Below, piece after piece: positions 1 through 14,002 of a stretch of DNA of 64,000 bases. Position numbers and translations under genes: made by a program. Source of the DNA: Paraspadella gotoi (lineage: Eukaryota > Animalia > Chaetognatha). Where the stretch lies: contig CM119267.1 in assembly GCA_051294375.1 (NCBI GenBank), forward strand, positions 23,796,377 through 23,860,376, read 5' to 3'. Position 1 is the first letter of the stretch. The number at the start of each line of letters is the position of its first letter. Below the pieces are notes generated by a model. That model had not been told where the DNA came from. It was given only the letters and a program-made list of their open reading frames with translations, and did no database searches.

Positions 1-287
1 GCGAAAAAGTAGGCCCAACCGACGAAGCGACAGGGTAAGCCTTCCTAAGAAGCTCCGGCCAGCAGGGGATAAAAACAATCCTACTCTACGAAATCATTGC
101 TGGGAGAACAAAATGGCGAATCTCTCCACCAGGCGACCATCAGGCGAGTGGAATTAGAGTGCCATCCCCCCCTACCAGCCTGAACAATTTTTTGTCACCT
201 CAACCAATACCGACACTACCAAAAAGATGAAAAGGACGATGCCACACTCGCTCTCCCGAAATCTAACAAACATCATTAAAGGAAAAA

Positions 288-3000
288 GTGGACCTGAGCA
301 GAGACGAACACCGCAAAATATGCGTCACACAGGAAAAAACAGCTACATTCCAGCCTGTAAATCGCAGGAGCACAGCAAGCTGCCTGTATGATACAGGGGC
401 ATCCGTAAACATGTCCATCGGAAAGTTTCATCGAAATGGCCTTGTCCGAACCATTACCAGGAACCCCTCTCAGGCTGGTCACAGCCACTGGAACCATCAC
501 TCTCACCGAGAGAATAAACTTAAGAATCATGTCCAAAAATGACCCTAAAACGGTTTTTTATGTCTCCGCGGAATAGATGATCGAAGACATCATCATAGGA
601 ACGGCAGTCACCAACCCGGGCCTCTCCAGACCAATTGTGGGAGTACACACATCTAACCCAAAGACACGCCTCCAGGTCGCCTCATGGGACCAAGCCCGTA
701 CCACTTGTTCGAGAGCAAATACGAGGCCTTGAAGGGCTGCCATAGGGATGGTTGGCGTCGGGAAAAACGTGGATGAACATCCCAATGGTGCCGATTCACG
801 TCGCCGAACAAAAGCGGAGGGAAGGATCATCCTAACCTCACTAAACCATATTGGAAAACGTGGCCAGTACCGGTGGATAATCGAGTCCAGTGATGGAGAG
901 GAAGCACACGTGCAGACGGGGACCAACTGAAGAGAAGGAGTTGAAATTTGACGCCCAATGAACCAGGACCCTGGCAAGCAAGACCTCTTAAATAAAACCA
1001 ATCAGGCAAGATCCGTAACTAGGATTGAAACAGATCACGCAGCCGAACCAAGTCCAGGCGACTTAACAGGAAAAAAAACCCGTCTCAGGAAGGTAGAAAA
1101 GACAATATCCCCGCCAACGACGATAGTTCATCACAAACCAACGGAAGAAGAGATGCAAAGCAGTCGAGAAGCAGGCCGACCACAGGCGCCAAAAAACATG
1201 ACGCCCGCGGAAAGGAAGCATTCCTAAAACCCTTCAAAGACGCTAGACCCGTCTCTCCAAGACAAGGCTCACCTAGTCTGGAAATGTGTGGAAAGTATCG
1301 CGAACCGTTTTGTGGAGAAAAATAAATGAATTCTTGCAGGAAGGCTTCTAATAAATTATATAAAGTTGAACCTCGGTTACACAACCGAAGATTTTACCCA
1401 AGCCGAGATTCGCCCAACCAAGGCCCCAGTATAAAAAGCGCCTTAAAAAGATTATCTCGAATATATGAAAAGGCCGGCATCGCCTGCACAAGAAACGAAG
1501 CTTATTCAAACGCCTTCCTATAAAGAAGCCTGGCCACATTTGCCCGAGGGACAAGACGATAATGAAAGACGAAACCTTTGCAAACAATGGCGACTCATTT
1601 GGCGACCCTCTCGTCCGTCAACAATAACATTTCGACATACGCCACGGAACCACAGACAATCTCCTCAATCCTGAGCAATACAAGCCACATGAACTGCAAT
1701 GTCTTCCGTCGACATTCTGGCATGTTCCACCAGGTTAAACCCTGACCGAGCGCTGCAAACCGTCAAACGACCTTTGCATGGCGCAGCCATCAGACTGGTA
1801 GATGAATAAAACTACCAATGGGAGGCGTTAACAGCGTAAATGTACTCCAGCGACCATGGATGAAATTCTTTCACGACTTGCACCGCAAGTGGGAAGAGCT
1901 TTTTAGTTTTGTGGATGACCTCCAATACTCACAGCCAAGTCCCCGAGACATGGCAACAAGACTCAGAGACTACTCAGAGATGCCGAGACGAAACGTCGTC
2001 CTCAAATGACGGAAGAGTGTCCTCCTCAGGAAGGAAGACATCAAGATACTGGTTTCAGCATCTCCAAAAGCAGGCTCCTCCCACAAAAAGAAAAGCTTCA
2101 AGCAGTCGAGTTAAGCTGAAAGCTCTCAAAACGCAAAGGAGCTAAGAGCAATGCTAGCTTCCTTAAACTACTACAGATGCTTTACGCTGATTTTCATACA
2201 TCGCCAACCCTTCATGCCCTAACCTTACTCGACAAGAAAGATTCAAGCTCTCCGACAAAACACATCGAGATGCTCCAACCCTTGTTTGACGAAATCAGGC
2301 TTGCCCAGGACTAAACTTTTTTAATGATGCGAATCAGAAATGGTCATATGAATTTACGCGGACGCTAGTACCAGCGCCATGGGCGGATTATCACCGCCAC
2401 AGCCGACGGCGTCGAATATCCGCTCTCATTTCACTCAAAAATCATTCCCCGGGAATACCGAATTAAGCACATCAATGTCTTAGAAACCCTGCCTTTAAAT
2501 GATGGTGCGAAAGTTCAAGGGCTACACGTGCGCAGAGGGGTGACTTAGTAACCGATTCCCATACTTTAAAAGAGTAATGGGATTTACAGCATGACGACAA
2601 CAAATGCTCCCAACAAACGTCTTAAGATGATACGGAATCCGGCAAGAATGCCAACAAAGGAAATTATCTGGTGAAAAGCGAAGACAATCGCGACTTCTTA
2701 ACACGATTCACTGAGCAAGGACAGGTCACACCCTCGACACCCCATTTTTCCCCGCCGCTTCGATGTCGACGGCGATATGAACCAGGATTTGCCGAAAACC
2801 AGTACAAGACACGTACCCCAGACATCTAGATTTAATAACAGGCCATGCACCCACTCTTGCCTTGGTGGCCCAAAACACTGGGAGAGGAAACAAAAGCCTT
2901 CAGAACAAAGTTTTTCGAATTGTACGACAAAAATTTGCATCAATCAAAACGAACATAGAAAGGTTGTATGGGAAACCAAAGACGAAGGACGCTGACGCCC
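288..3000 (+). mobile_element. Degenerate Ty3/Gypsy-like LTR retrotransposon pol region (PR-RT-RNaseH, possible integrase zinc finger), frameshifted
   Basis: Motifs occur in canonical order across shifting frames: aspartic protease CLYDTGAS (381-404); KQWRLI (~1580); RT KLPMGGVNSVNVLQR (~1810-1853, cf. MPFGLxNAPxTFQR); LFSFVDD (FVDD at 1908-1919); RNase H IYADASTSAMGG (from 2352) and DGVEYPLSFHSK...HINVLE (~2405-2486); weak His/Cys cluster (HSCLGG...CTTKIC) at ~2850-2940. No LTRs or DDE core were identified. Confidence 0.85.
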
Positions 3001-5207
3001 TTGTCAGAACATATCTGCTAAAACTGGAGTTTAGGCATCCAGAACTGAAATGTTAGGCGAATGAAGGCATCGCAATCACAAATGATGGAAGAGGACTCGA
3101 CACGAGAGGCCGGTTGTAAGTTGAAAGGACATACGGAACGACGACCACGTCGAAACCGAATAAAAATATTTAGGACCATAACTGGACAAGTCAGTCTCAT
3201 CAGTCGCGAAAATCCGACACGCCCTCTCCGCCCAGCAAATGAGAACATCCAGACAATCAGCGTAGAGATAGAACTGAGAAAAACCAGACTGAGAGGAAGA
3301 CCAAAGAAACAAAAGATCGCCAGCCATCGCTGGAGCGTGCCAGAGGACTTAGTCATGTCGAGATGCAGAACCAAACGACGCAAGAACGCCACCACGCCAT
3401 AACAACAACTCACAAGCCTCAGTGCAAAAATTCATCGAATGGCCCGGCGCAAGAGAGTTAATGATCGACAGAACAATGGAGGCAGACGTCGACGCCTCAG
3501 CCCAGAAATAGCAGAGGAAGCAGCGAATCCTGACAAGGTTAGAAATAAAACTCATGCCATTAGCGACACGCGTTAGACAATGGCAACAGGAAGACGAGGT
3601 ATTCAAATCGTCATAAAGGCCTTGCAACAAAATGACCGGCTAACGCGAGAGAATGCTAAATGAAAAAATGCAAAAAAAAAGAAAGACTTAACCGAAAAGT
3701 ACCTTACAAACGTCCTCGCTATCTTGACATAACTGAAAACGGGATCCTGATATTAAAAGGTTATAANNNNNNNNNNNNNNNNNNNNNNNNNAAGGCGAGA
3801 TTCTCTCTGTGGGAATGTGAGGCTGAGGCAGAAAACCCGTGCAAAGGACTGGGCCTCTGGAAGCGGAAGGCCGAAGCAAGGAGGAAGCGACGAAGAAAGC
3901 GCGAAGAAATGAGGAGCGGCCATCCCCGTTCGATCAAGAACCGTGACTTAAGAATTGAACGTAAAACACGGAAAAATCAAACGATTAGATTCAAAATTAA
4001 AAACGATCTAAAAAAATCCTCCCTCCCTCTTCTAAATTATCCGAAAATTTTAAAAAAAAACATAAAAAATGCACCCTGCAAAAACCCACACCCTGCGGCG
4101 GAACCAGAAGAACCCAAAACACCGGTGGTGAAAAAGGGTGGACGGCGGGAGAGTCTGTGGGGGGCGTTCGATCATAGATTCGGTGTGATTCATTGGCGGA
4201 ATCTTAGATTCTCTGATCGAACCCCCCCCCCACGATGCCTTCGAAGCAGTACGAGAAAAAAAGGAACCCGTGCGAGCGCGCCGGGTCGGTGTAAAAAAAA
4301 GGACAAGAAAAGAAATAAAATTTCGAAACAAAAGGAAAGCAGTGAGGGCCATAACAAAAAATATTGCGAAATGACTAAATAAATAAACTCCCCCTCCCGG
4401 TGAGCACCGGCCGAAAATCCTCATTTTCCAAACGCGAAGGATACAACGAACATACTGCCGTTGAAAATCCTCATCTCCTTGCCGAAACCCTTCAAGGGTG
4501 GCCTTTCAAATAGTCCACGAGACTTCCATGCCCTCCCTGCGAACCGGTCATGAGGAAGGATACGCGTCTGGCTGACCGCCCCCCAAAACCGGCGTCGCCG
4601 GGTCGTGCGCCGCTTCGGTGTGCCGCTGCCTGAGAGGCTGGAACCACGGGTAACGGAAACCGGTCTCTGAAGATGCGAAGGAGGAGGGCGGTGGAGGACG
4701 CATTGCGTGAAAGTCCCTGTTTCTTCCCCCGCGCACCTCGGGTCCTCAACCCCCTTGAATTCGACGATTTCGATACGCAATGGCGATCGCCGTGTTGCGT
4801 TGCGCAATTGCGGGAAAATATGAAATTATGACAAAAAAAAATGCATGAGATCGGTTCTACTCGATTCAATACCTGCCGGGGCGCAATTACTGTGGCCCAT
4901 GAGGGTCAGTTTCGTTTACGAAAAACTAAGTTAATGCGTAAAAAATTTCATTTTTAAAAACGCGCATTTAAAAAAATTTAATTTTAAAAACGTGAAATTC
5001 CAAAATTTTAAGAACTATGTACAGACTTTCAAATTTTAGATTGATACTAAAAAAGGAAAAATTAATCAAAAATTACTAAAAAGATTTTAAAGAGCTACAG
5101 ACTGTTTAAAAAACGTTGTATGACGTGATTATGAAACAGTTTAAGAAATAGAAAATTGAATCAATTCAATCAACAATAATATTGATGAAAAAAAAACAAA
5201 AACTTCA

Positions 5208-5212
5208 AGAGA

Positions 5213-5256
<44 letters not shown>

Positions 5257-5363
5257 GAGAGAGAGAAGAGAGAGAAGAGAGAGAGAAAAGAGAGAGAGAG
5301 AAAAATATATGGGGCGTTAAAGGGTTGAATAAGGTAAGCGGGGAAAGGGTTGAGAAAGGCGTA

Positions 5364-5440
<77 letters not shown>
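5208..5440. repeat. (AG)n microsatellite tracts (representative of dozens across the window)
   Basis: Directly visible. These tracts generate the RERE/SLSL pseudo-ORFs. Confidence 0.95.
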
Positions 5441-5445
<5 letters not shown>

Positions 5446-6098
5446 ACGAGGGCGCGAGGCCCCGGTAATGGATTTGGGTGAGGCAAAGCATGAGAGCGCC
5501 GGAGATTTCTATTAGAAGATGACGCCGCCGCCGCCGCCGACTGGAATCCATTGACGACGCCCAAAGATTACCGCCGCGCGCTCTCCTCCCCCGAAAGGAA
5601 TCAATTTAGATTTCCCTCGCCTTTCTTGTTTTTCCTCTGATTGTCTTCGTCGTTGTCGTCGTTGTCGTCGTCGTTGTCGTCGTCGTTGTCTTCGTCGTCG
5701 TCGTTGTCTTCGTCGTTGTCGTCGTCTTCGTTGTCTTTCTCTTTTAGAGCCTTTTTATAAGTGTTTACAAACCAAATTAAACTTTTTCTGGCATCTGACA
5801 TATCCTGGTAAAATGTTCTGCTCCATCGCAGTACAAATGCAACAAGTATATTGCTAATATAAACAGATTTAACGATTTCCACCAAAAATTTGACAGAAAC
5901 GACATCAGCAACAATCAACAATCAACATTTTTTGACAATTTTATATCGACTGCTTGTAAAGCTCTTAATGTTAAAAGCAAAACCAGGTTTCGGTGAATTT
6001 TTTTTTCAGCTATCATTCGTGGAACGAAATAAAAATGTTTTTGAGTGAAAATAAAGTACTAAACGAGAAATAACATTTTGTTTATTATGCAATTGGTA

Positions 6099-6200
6099 AA
6101 ATACTCCTCAAATTAGATTAAATACTCCTCAAATTGGATTAAATACTCCTCAAATTAGATTAAATGCTCCTCAAATTGGATTAAATGCTCCTCAAATTGA
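6099..6200. repeat. 21-bp minisatellite (aaatactcctcaaattagatt) x~5; second copy at ~12265-12362
   Basis: Direct tandem units are visible. Confidence 0.9.
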
Positions 6201-6435
6201 ATATAAGTTGATCTTGGTCATTTATTGAATTTACGTAAATACTACTCCTTTGACGAAAATGGTTCTGCCAGGCGCAGTGATCTCGAATCAGGCCCTGTCA
6301 TATCGTATCAGGCAAACGATGGAAAGGCCTGATTCGAAACGAGTCAATCCGAAAAAAAAGTAAAAAAACTCAACTTCGAAGCATAAATGTTGGCTCCTTA
6401 CGATCTTTTGAATATTTCCAAGTAAACAAATATAA

Positions 6436-6482
<47 letters not shown>

Positions 6483-6583
6483 CTAGGTTGCAAGTTTTCC
6501 TCAGGTGATCCTTATTCAATGAGAAACGAGTAATGCATTCTCTCTTCTCTCTCTCTTCTCTCTCTCTCTCTCTCTCCTCTCTT

Positions 6584-6625
<42 letters not shown>

Positions 6626-7039
6626 TCAGGACGCATCAACAATCACATTTCCCTCTCGTTTTTTATGTCGACTTCTCGGACCAAAAGTTCAAAGAACAAG
6701 CAGAGAACACCACAGAGAGAAAGAGAGAGAGAGAGAGAGCGCTCAGATGGCGCTGTTGACGCAACTGCGCCATTACCTTCCGCGTCGGTGAGAGTTTCAC
6801 TTTTAAATTTAAATTTTGTAAAATCGTTCAGATCCAGGTTCGTGAAATCCAAGTATATCGTCAGAATAAAAGCCTTCCCCCTGGTGGGTGGCGAGGGGCG
6901 ACGCTGGGGGGTCATACCTAGGGATAGCCAAAAACTATATACCTAGGTGTGCCCCTTCTTTCGCCAAAAGGGGAAGCCTTTTTGAGCTACGGTATATCTT
7001 ATCCAGTTCGTGGGCAAGTTGTGAAGAATAATGACATTG

Positions 7040-7278
7040 GATGCTCAATGTTGAATGCTGAATACTGAATGCTCAATGTTGAATGCTAAATACTGAATGC
7101 TCAATGTTGAATGGTGATTACTGAATGCTCAATGTTGAATGCTGAATACTGAATGCTCAATGTTGAATGCTGAATACTGAATGCTCAATGTTGAATGCTG
7201 AATACTGAATGTTCAATGTTGAATGCTGAATACTGAACGTTCAATGTTGAATGCTAAATACCTAACGCTGAATGCTAA
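7040..7278. repeat. 28-bp minisatellite (tgctcaatgttgaatgctgaatactgaa) x~8; second copy at ~13205-13410
   Basis: Direct tandem units are visible. Confidence 0.92.
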
Positions 7279-7825
7279 TGAATAATGGTTGTGATCGTTT
7301 CTTAATGATATGACAATTAATTTATTTATTTTCAAATCGGGATTTAAAGTATTTATCTACTTGGATATCTTTGTCTTTTTCCTTATTTTTTTTTTTATTT
7401 GATTTATCTATTTATATCTATTTTTATTCAGTATTTATTTCCTTCTCTCCGACATTTCGATCCAAACGTTTTCCTAATTTTCTCACAGGAATCTTTCTTC
7501 TGTCGATCAAAGTTCGCGGATCTCACAGGGAAAAAATACACAATTACTTGTCGAGAGGAAAAAAAATCCAAGGAGGAAAAACATCTTTTATTAGATATAA
7601 AGAAGACAGAGGGAGAGAGGGAGAGAGGGAGAGAGGGAGAGAGAAATCGAGTTAAACGACGTCTCTCTATCTCTTTTTTTTTTCCTTTCTTTTTTTTTCC
7701 TTTCTTTCTTTTTTTTCTCTTTCTATCTTTCTCTGAAACTTTATTACTTTTTAGTTTTTACAAAGGTTTATTCTTTCTTTCTTTCTTTATTTCCTTCTTT
7801 CCTACCGCATATCTTTCTTTCTAAA

Positions 7826-7873
<48 letters not shown>

Positions 7874-8494
7874 TCCTGTCTGTAGGAATGGAAATCTTCT
7901 TAATGAAGAATTTATCGGCCGCCGCACACAATCTTTGTCGGTGGTTCTCGAGGGAAAGGAAGAGTAAGGCATGTGGGGAAAATGTAGTGTGGGCAAAGTT
8001 TGATGTGGTGATAAGAAGAGAAAAATTGTAAGTATTATCACGCTTAAAAAAGGGTTCTATCTAGAAAGTTTACATGATAAGCATAACACTGAGAATAGGC
8101 TGACAAATTAGTTTTGAGAATAGGCTGACATATTAGTTTTTAAAATAGGCTGACATTTGAGTTTTGACTTTTGTGGTTGAGTTGTGGCGAAAGGTGGTGG
8201 ATTTTGTGGGCAAAGGATTTGTTTTGTCGCAATTGGATTGAGAAAACGTTTGAATTTAATCGAATGGGCGTCTCGAGGGAAACAAAGTGGGGTAAGAGGA
8301 AAGGGAAAGACAAAAGGGGAAGAAAAAAGGGAAAGAAAGCAAAAGAAAGAAAGGAAAGGAAAAAGAGAAAGAAAGCAAAGGGGAAAAAACAGAGTGAGAA
8401 AAAAGAAGAGAAAGGCTAAGGGAATGGGGAAAAAGGACTCTGTGTTGCGTAGCAGTAATTTTATTTTTACGTGTATTCCCCTGTGATCACACGA

Positions 8495-8790
8495 CTAAAT
8501 GACATGACATGACATGACAACTTGACTACAATAACTTTCTTAGCCTGTGTATTTATAACACGCACTGCATCGGAATTTCGTCTTTTTGATTCTTTATAGT
8601 TTTAGGATTTCCTGGAGGCGGCGCTAGTAGTCACTTAAATTTGAGGATTTTTCCCCTTATAACAAATGAGCAACTAACTAGAGGCGAGTTATGAGTATTT
8701 TTAACGTTAGTGGGACAGACATACCTACCAACCGATCGACAGATCGACAAAGCGACCGAAAAGTGACTCATAGAGAACTCGCGCGGGTAG
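8495..8790 (-). mobile_element. Dispersed non-autonomous repeat, DINE-1/HINE-like (Helentron-associated)
   Basis: Its reverse complement matches 28995-29565 and 25938-26160 (ctctataagtcacttttcggtcg...cccacttacgttaaaa...tgcctatagttggttgct...gcgccgc...tgatgcagt...(catgt)n). Also present at ~14630-14910 via the duplication. The family assignment is an inference from the (GTCG/GTCC/GTCT) microsatellite next to the terminus. Confidence 0.6.
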
Positions 8791-9943
8791 TGATTAGAAG
8801 AAGCAGATAATGAAACAATTCAAAGATGAAATTGAAAAGGAATGAAAAGAAAGAAAAAGAAAGAGAAAAATAAAAAAGAAAATAAGTGTACTTCAGCGTG
8901 TGACTTAAATCTCATGAATATTTTTCATTTAAATTCAACAAAAAAAATTGTTCCTTTGATTCTCAAATACCTGATCTCTTAGGGCTTGTCGGGGACTCTA
9001 TGAATATCTGATAAGTAACGTGATTAAGTTTTCATAAAGTGAATTTCGAAAAAGTGTTTTTATATTTTCTCTTTTTTTTTCCTACGGCTACTATTTTAAA
9101 ATTAAAATCTATTACAAACATTCTTGGACGAAATAAGACCTCTTTGAATAAATCAGTCAATCATTCGATCAATCAATCTATCGATAAATCAAATAATCAA
9201 TCTCAGAATCAATCAATCAAATGATAATTCAGGCGTCGACCGATGCTGAGGAATTATCAAATGTCTCTTGGCTTCTAAATATTTCGGCCTGGTTAATGTC
9301 TATCCAACGCACGCCTGATCAACTTCTGGCTGACGACATCCACTTCACCAGGAAAATCCAACAGGCGCTCGTTTGGCCGTCGTGATGGTCGGTCAGTCGC
9401 TACAGAGAGGAAAAGTTCCGGCTCTAGAAAAACCAGTCAACGCGATCCCGAGGGACCCGATCGCGCATAATAAATGAAGTCCTGGGTCCGAGATAGGCGT
9501 CGTTCTCTCTCTCTCTCTCTCTCTCNNNNNNNNNNNNNNNNNNNNNNNNNNNNNNNNNNNNNNNNNNNNNNNNNNNNNNNNNNNNNNNNNNNNNNNNNNN
9601 NNNNNNNNNNNNNNNNNNNNNNNNNNNNNNNNNNNNNNNNNNNNNNNNNNNNNNNNNNNNNNNNNNNNNNNNNNNNNNNNNNNNNNNNNNNNNNNNNNNN
9701 NNNNNNNNNNNNNNNNNNNNNNNNNNNNNNNNNNNNNNNNNNNNNNNNNNNNNNNNNAAAAAAAAAAATCAAAATTAAAGAAAGAAATCGTTTCTTAGAA
9801 ATAATGAGAATTCGGTCTCGTGACGTCGTCTGGAGCAAAGAGAATCTCTTCCGTCCTCGCGACGTCAATGACAAAAGTCTTTCGTCCGTTTTATTTCTCG
9901 TTTCTTCTTCTTCTTCTTCGTCTGTTGTTGTTGTTTGGGTTGT

Positions 9944-10034
<91 letters not shown>

Positions 10035-10112
10035 CTCTCTCTCTCTTTCTTAGTTAAATCGATACAGTTTTAACTGAAATTGCCGTTGCATTTCAATTGA
10101 ACCAGAGAAGAA

Positions 10113-10158
<46 letters not shown>

Positions 10159-11886
10159 TCATTCATAGTCAAATTGTCAAATTAGGCAGTCAACAACAGG
10201 GCTTTCTGTTATTGACAGTTCTGATGTGGCGTGATTTAAATATCAGTGTTCTGTAAAAAAAAGTGCCCAATACCTAATGTGTTTTTTTTTTTTTTTTTTT
10301 GCCTACAAAAAAAACCCACTTTCTTGATAAAATTAGAAGTTATCTTATAGCTGTAGTTAAGGATGCTACATTTTGACAACGCTTTTTACGTAAGAAAATT
10401 ACACAAACTATAAGACACTTCACAGGCGCAAAGTACAATTTCGCCGCACATTTCAGTGTGCAGTCACACTTTTCGCTGAACACCGCACACTTTTTTGCCG
10501 GAGACTCTATTCGTAAATCCGCCACAATTCGCTCGCGGCTCAACTGGACTCAAAGTCGATTCAATCCAATCCAATCCAATCCAATCCAACCGGGTCAATC
10601 CTAGACTCAACAGGGTGATCCCATATCGTTGAGATTAAAGCGAATCTCCCTGTACTTTTCGTTCGCGTCGAACAAAGACATTCTGTTCTTCCATCCTTAA
10701 GTCGGTCTCACTGTAAGTCCTCTCCAGCCTAAGTCAATTTATTTNNNNNNNNNNNNNNNNNNNNNNNNNNNNNNNNNNNNNNNNNNNNNNNNNNNNNNNN
10801 NNNNNNNNNNNNNNNNNNNNNNNNNNNNNNNNNNNNNNNNNNNNNNNNNNNNNNNNNNNNNNNNNNNNNNNNNNNNNNNNNNNNNNNNNNNNNNNNNNNN
10901 NNNNNTCTCTCTCTCTCATATTACTGTCATCCACGGACGCCTGGTGACGTTATTGAGTGAAGATTATAACGTCATTAATGACGGATTTTGACGTCAACGA
11001 GGTTGACTCAACGACGACGCGAAAGTTGACGACAATAANNNNNNNNNNGACGTCCGTCCGGTAAATGATCTTGCGTCGTCTGTCTGGCGTATATTGACGA
11101 CTCTTTGCGTCACTTGCCTTCCACCGGCATCTCTTGGCGCCATTCGGCGTCACCTGGCGTACCTTGGCGCCGCATGGCGTCTCCTCGTCTTGTCTTAACC
11201 TTGCGTCCTGGGTTCAAATCCCTGTCTATCCCGTTTTTGGCTTAAATGTAACGGAACCTTGTTTAAACATGCCAGTGACAAGATACGTTAACTTAGGGTC
11301 CGCAGTCCCAAACCCAGTCGGTTTGATAACCCCGCGCAATCCCATCGTTGCCATAAGTGTGGAATCTTTTTCGAAATGAAAAGTTATATCTGCCGAGTGT
11401 TCATATTAGCTCAATTTATTCTCCACTCACTCCGAGCACGCTCACAGTCTCTGACACGCGATTCTTATCGGCGACACGTTAGATCCGGCAGAACTTTCCG
11501 GCGCGTGATTTACCGTCACGCGTTATCTCGAACGTCATTCCGGCATGAAAATCCCTAACTCTCTCGGCAAAGGAATCTCGGCACTCTCCCTTGGAATGTG
11601 AATACCGGGACTTTATACCGGTACTCTCTCCCGGTACTCTTTGTTGACATGGGATGACTATAACTTTCTCCCAGAACGCGATTTCCGGCACTCTGACTTT
11701 TTACCACCACGTAATTAACGGCATTCTCTCTCAGAACCCTCTCCCGATAGTTTCTCCTGGAACGCTCTCTCGGCACTTTCTCTCAGAACTCTCCTCCGGC
11801 ACTTTCTCCCGGCACACTCTCTCTCTCTCTCTTAAAGTATTTTTTCCGGCACTTCACCTACGCAATCTCTCCCGACACTCTCTCTC

Positions 11887-12707
11887 GTCGTCTTTCGTTG
11901 TCTTTCTCTTTAGAGCCTTTTTATAAGTGTTTACAAACCAAAATTAAACTTTTTCTGGCATCTGACTATCCTGGTAAAAATGTTCTGCTCCATCGCAGTA
12001 CAAATGCAACAAGTATATTGCTATATAAACAGATTTAACGATTTCCACCAAAAATTTGACAGAAACGACATCAGCAACAATCAACAATCACATTTTTGAC
12101 AATTTTATATCGACTGCTTGTAAAGCTCTTAATGTTAAAGCAAAACCAGGTTTCGGTGAATTTTTTTTTTCAGCTATCATTCGTGAACGAAAATAAAAAT
12201 GTTTTTGAGTGAAATAAAGTTACTAAACGAGAAATAACATTTGTTTAATTATGCAATTGGTAAAAATACTCCTCAAATTAGATTAAAGACTCCTCAATTG
12301 GATTAAATACTCCTCAATTAGATTAAATGCTCCTCAAATTGGATTAAATGCTCCTCAAATTGAATATAAGTTGATCTTGTCATTTATTGAATTTACGTAA
12401 ATACTACTCTTTGACGAAAATGGTTCTGCAGGCGCAGTGATCTCGGATCAGGCCTGTTCATATCGTATCAGGCAAACGATGGAAGGCCTGATTCGAACGA
12501 GTCAATCCGAAAAAAAAGTAAAAAAACTCAACTTCGAGCATAAATGTTGGCTCCTTACGATCTTTTGAATATTTCCAAGTAAACAATATAAACGAAGAGA
12601 AGAGAGAGAGAGATAGAGAGAGAGAAGAGAGAGAGAGAGGAGAGAGAGAGAAAACTCGGTTGCAGTTTTCCTCAGGTGATCTTATTTTCAATGAGAAACG
12701 AGTAATC

Positions 12708-12786
<79 letters not shown>

Positions 12787-13956
12787 CTCAGGACGCATCA
12801 ACAATCCAATTTTCCCTCTCGTTTTTTATGTCGACTTCTCGGAGCCAAAAGTTCCAAAGAGACAGAGAGAAGACACACAGAGAGAAAGAGAGAGAGAGAG
12901 AGAGCGCTCAGATGGCGCTGTTGACGCAACTGCGCCATTTACCTTCGCGTCGGTGAGAGTTTCCTTTTAATTTAAATTTTGTAAAATCGTTCAGATCCAG
13001 GTTCGTGAAATCCAAGTATATCTGTCAGAATAAAAGCCTTCCCCCTGGTGGTGGCGGGGGCGACGCTGGGGGTCATACCTAGGGATAGCCAAAAAACTAT
13101 ATACCTAGGTGTGCCCCTTCTTTCGCCAAAAGGGGAAGCCTTTTTGAGCTACGGTATATCTTATCCAGTTCGTGGGCAAGTTGTGAAGGAATAATGACAT
13201 TGGATGCTCATGTTGAATGCTGAATACTGAATGCTCAATGTTGAATGCTAAATACTGAATGCTCAATGTTGAATGGTGATTTACTGAATGCTCAATGTGA
13301 ATGCTGAATACTGAATGCTCAATGTTGAATGCTGAATACTGAATGTTCAATGTTGAATGCTGAATACTGAACGTTCAAGTTGAATGCTAAATACCTAACG
13401 CGGAATGCTAATGGAATAATGGTTGTGATCGTTTCTTAAGATATGACAATTATTTATTTATTTCAAATCGGGGATTTAAAGTATTTATCTACTTGGATAT
13501 CTTTGTCTTTTCCTATTTTTTTTTTATTTATTTATCTATTTATATCTATTTTTATTCAGTATTTATTTCCTTCTCTTCCGACATTTCGATCCAAACGTTT
13601 TCCTAATTTTCTCACAGGATCTTCTTCTGTCGTATCAAAAAGTTCGCGGATCTCACAGGGAAAAAATACACAATTACTTGTCGAGAGGAAAAAAAATCCA
13701 AGGAGGAAAACATCTTTATAGATATAAAGAAGACAGAGGGAGAGAGGGAGAGAGGGAAGAGAGGGAGAAAGAAATCGAGTAAACCGACGTCTCTCTATCT
13801 CTTTTTTTTTCCTTTCTTTTTTTTTCCTTTCTTTCTTTTTTTTCTCTTTTTCTATCTTTCTCTGAACTTTATTACTTTTTAGTTTTTTTACAAAGGTTTA
13901 TTCTTTCTTTCTTTCTTTATTTCCTTCTTTTCCTACCGCATATCTTTCTTTCTAAA

Positions 13957-14002
<46 letters not shown>

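Larger units (their letters stand above)
5720..11886 (+). repeat. ~6.1-kb segmental tandem duplication, copy 1
   Basis: Sequence from gtcgtcttcgttgtctttctcttttagagcc (5720) to ccgacactctctctc (11886) recurs colinearly at 11887-17830. Confidence 0.95.

Noticed and set aside
3660-4869. ORFs 3660-4382 and 4421-4869 as retroelement env/gag, or this region as an LTR
   Set aside because: The first spans an N gap and is Lys/Arg-rich from A-rich composition. No motif, second LTR copy or convincing PBS/PPT was found.
4868-4915. Faint resemblance to the 5' end of U1 snRNA (tacctg...)
   Set aside because: It lacks the ATACTTACCTG consensus, the downstream stems and the Sm site.
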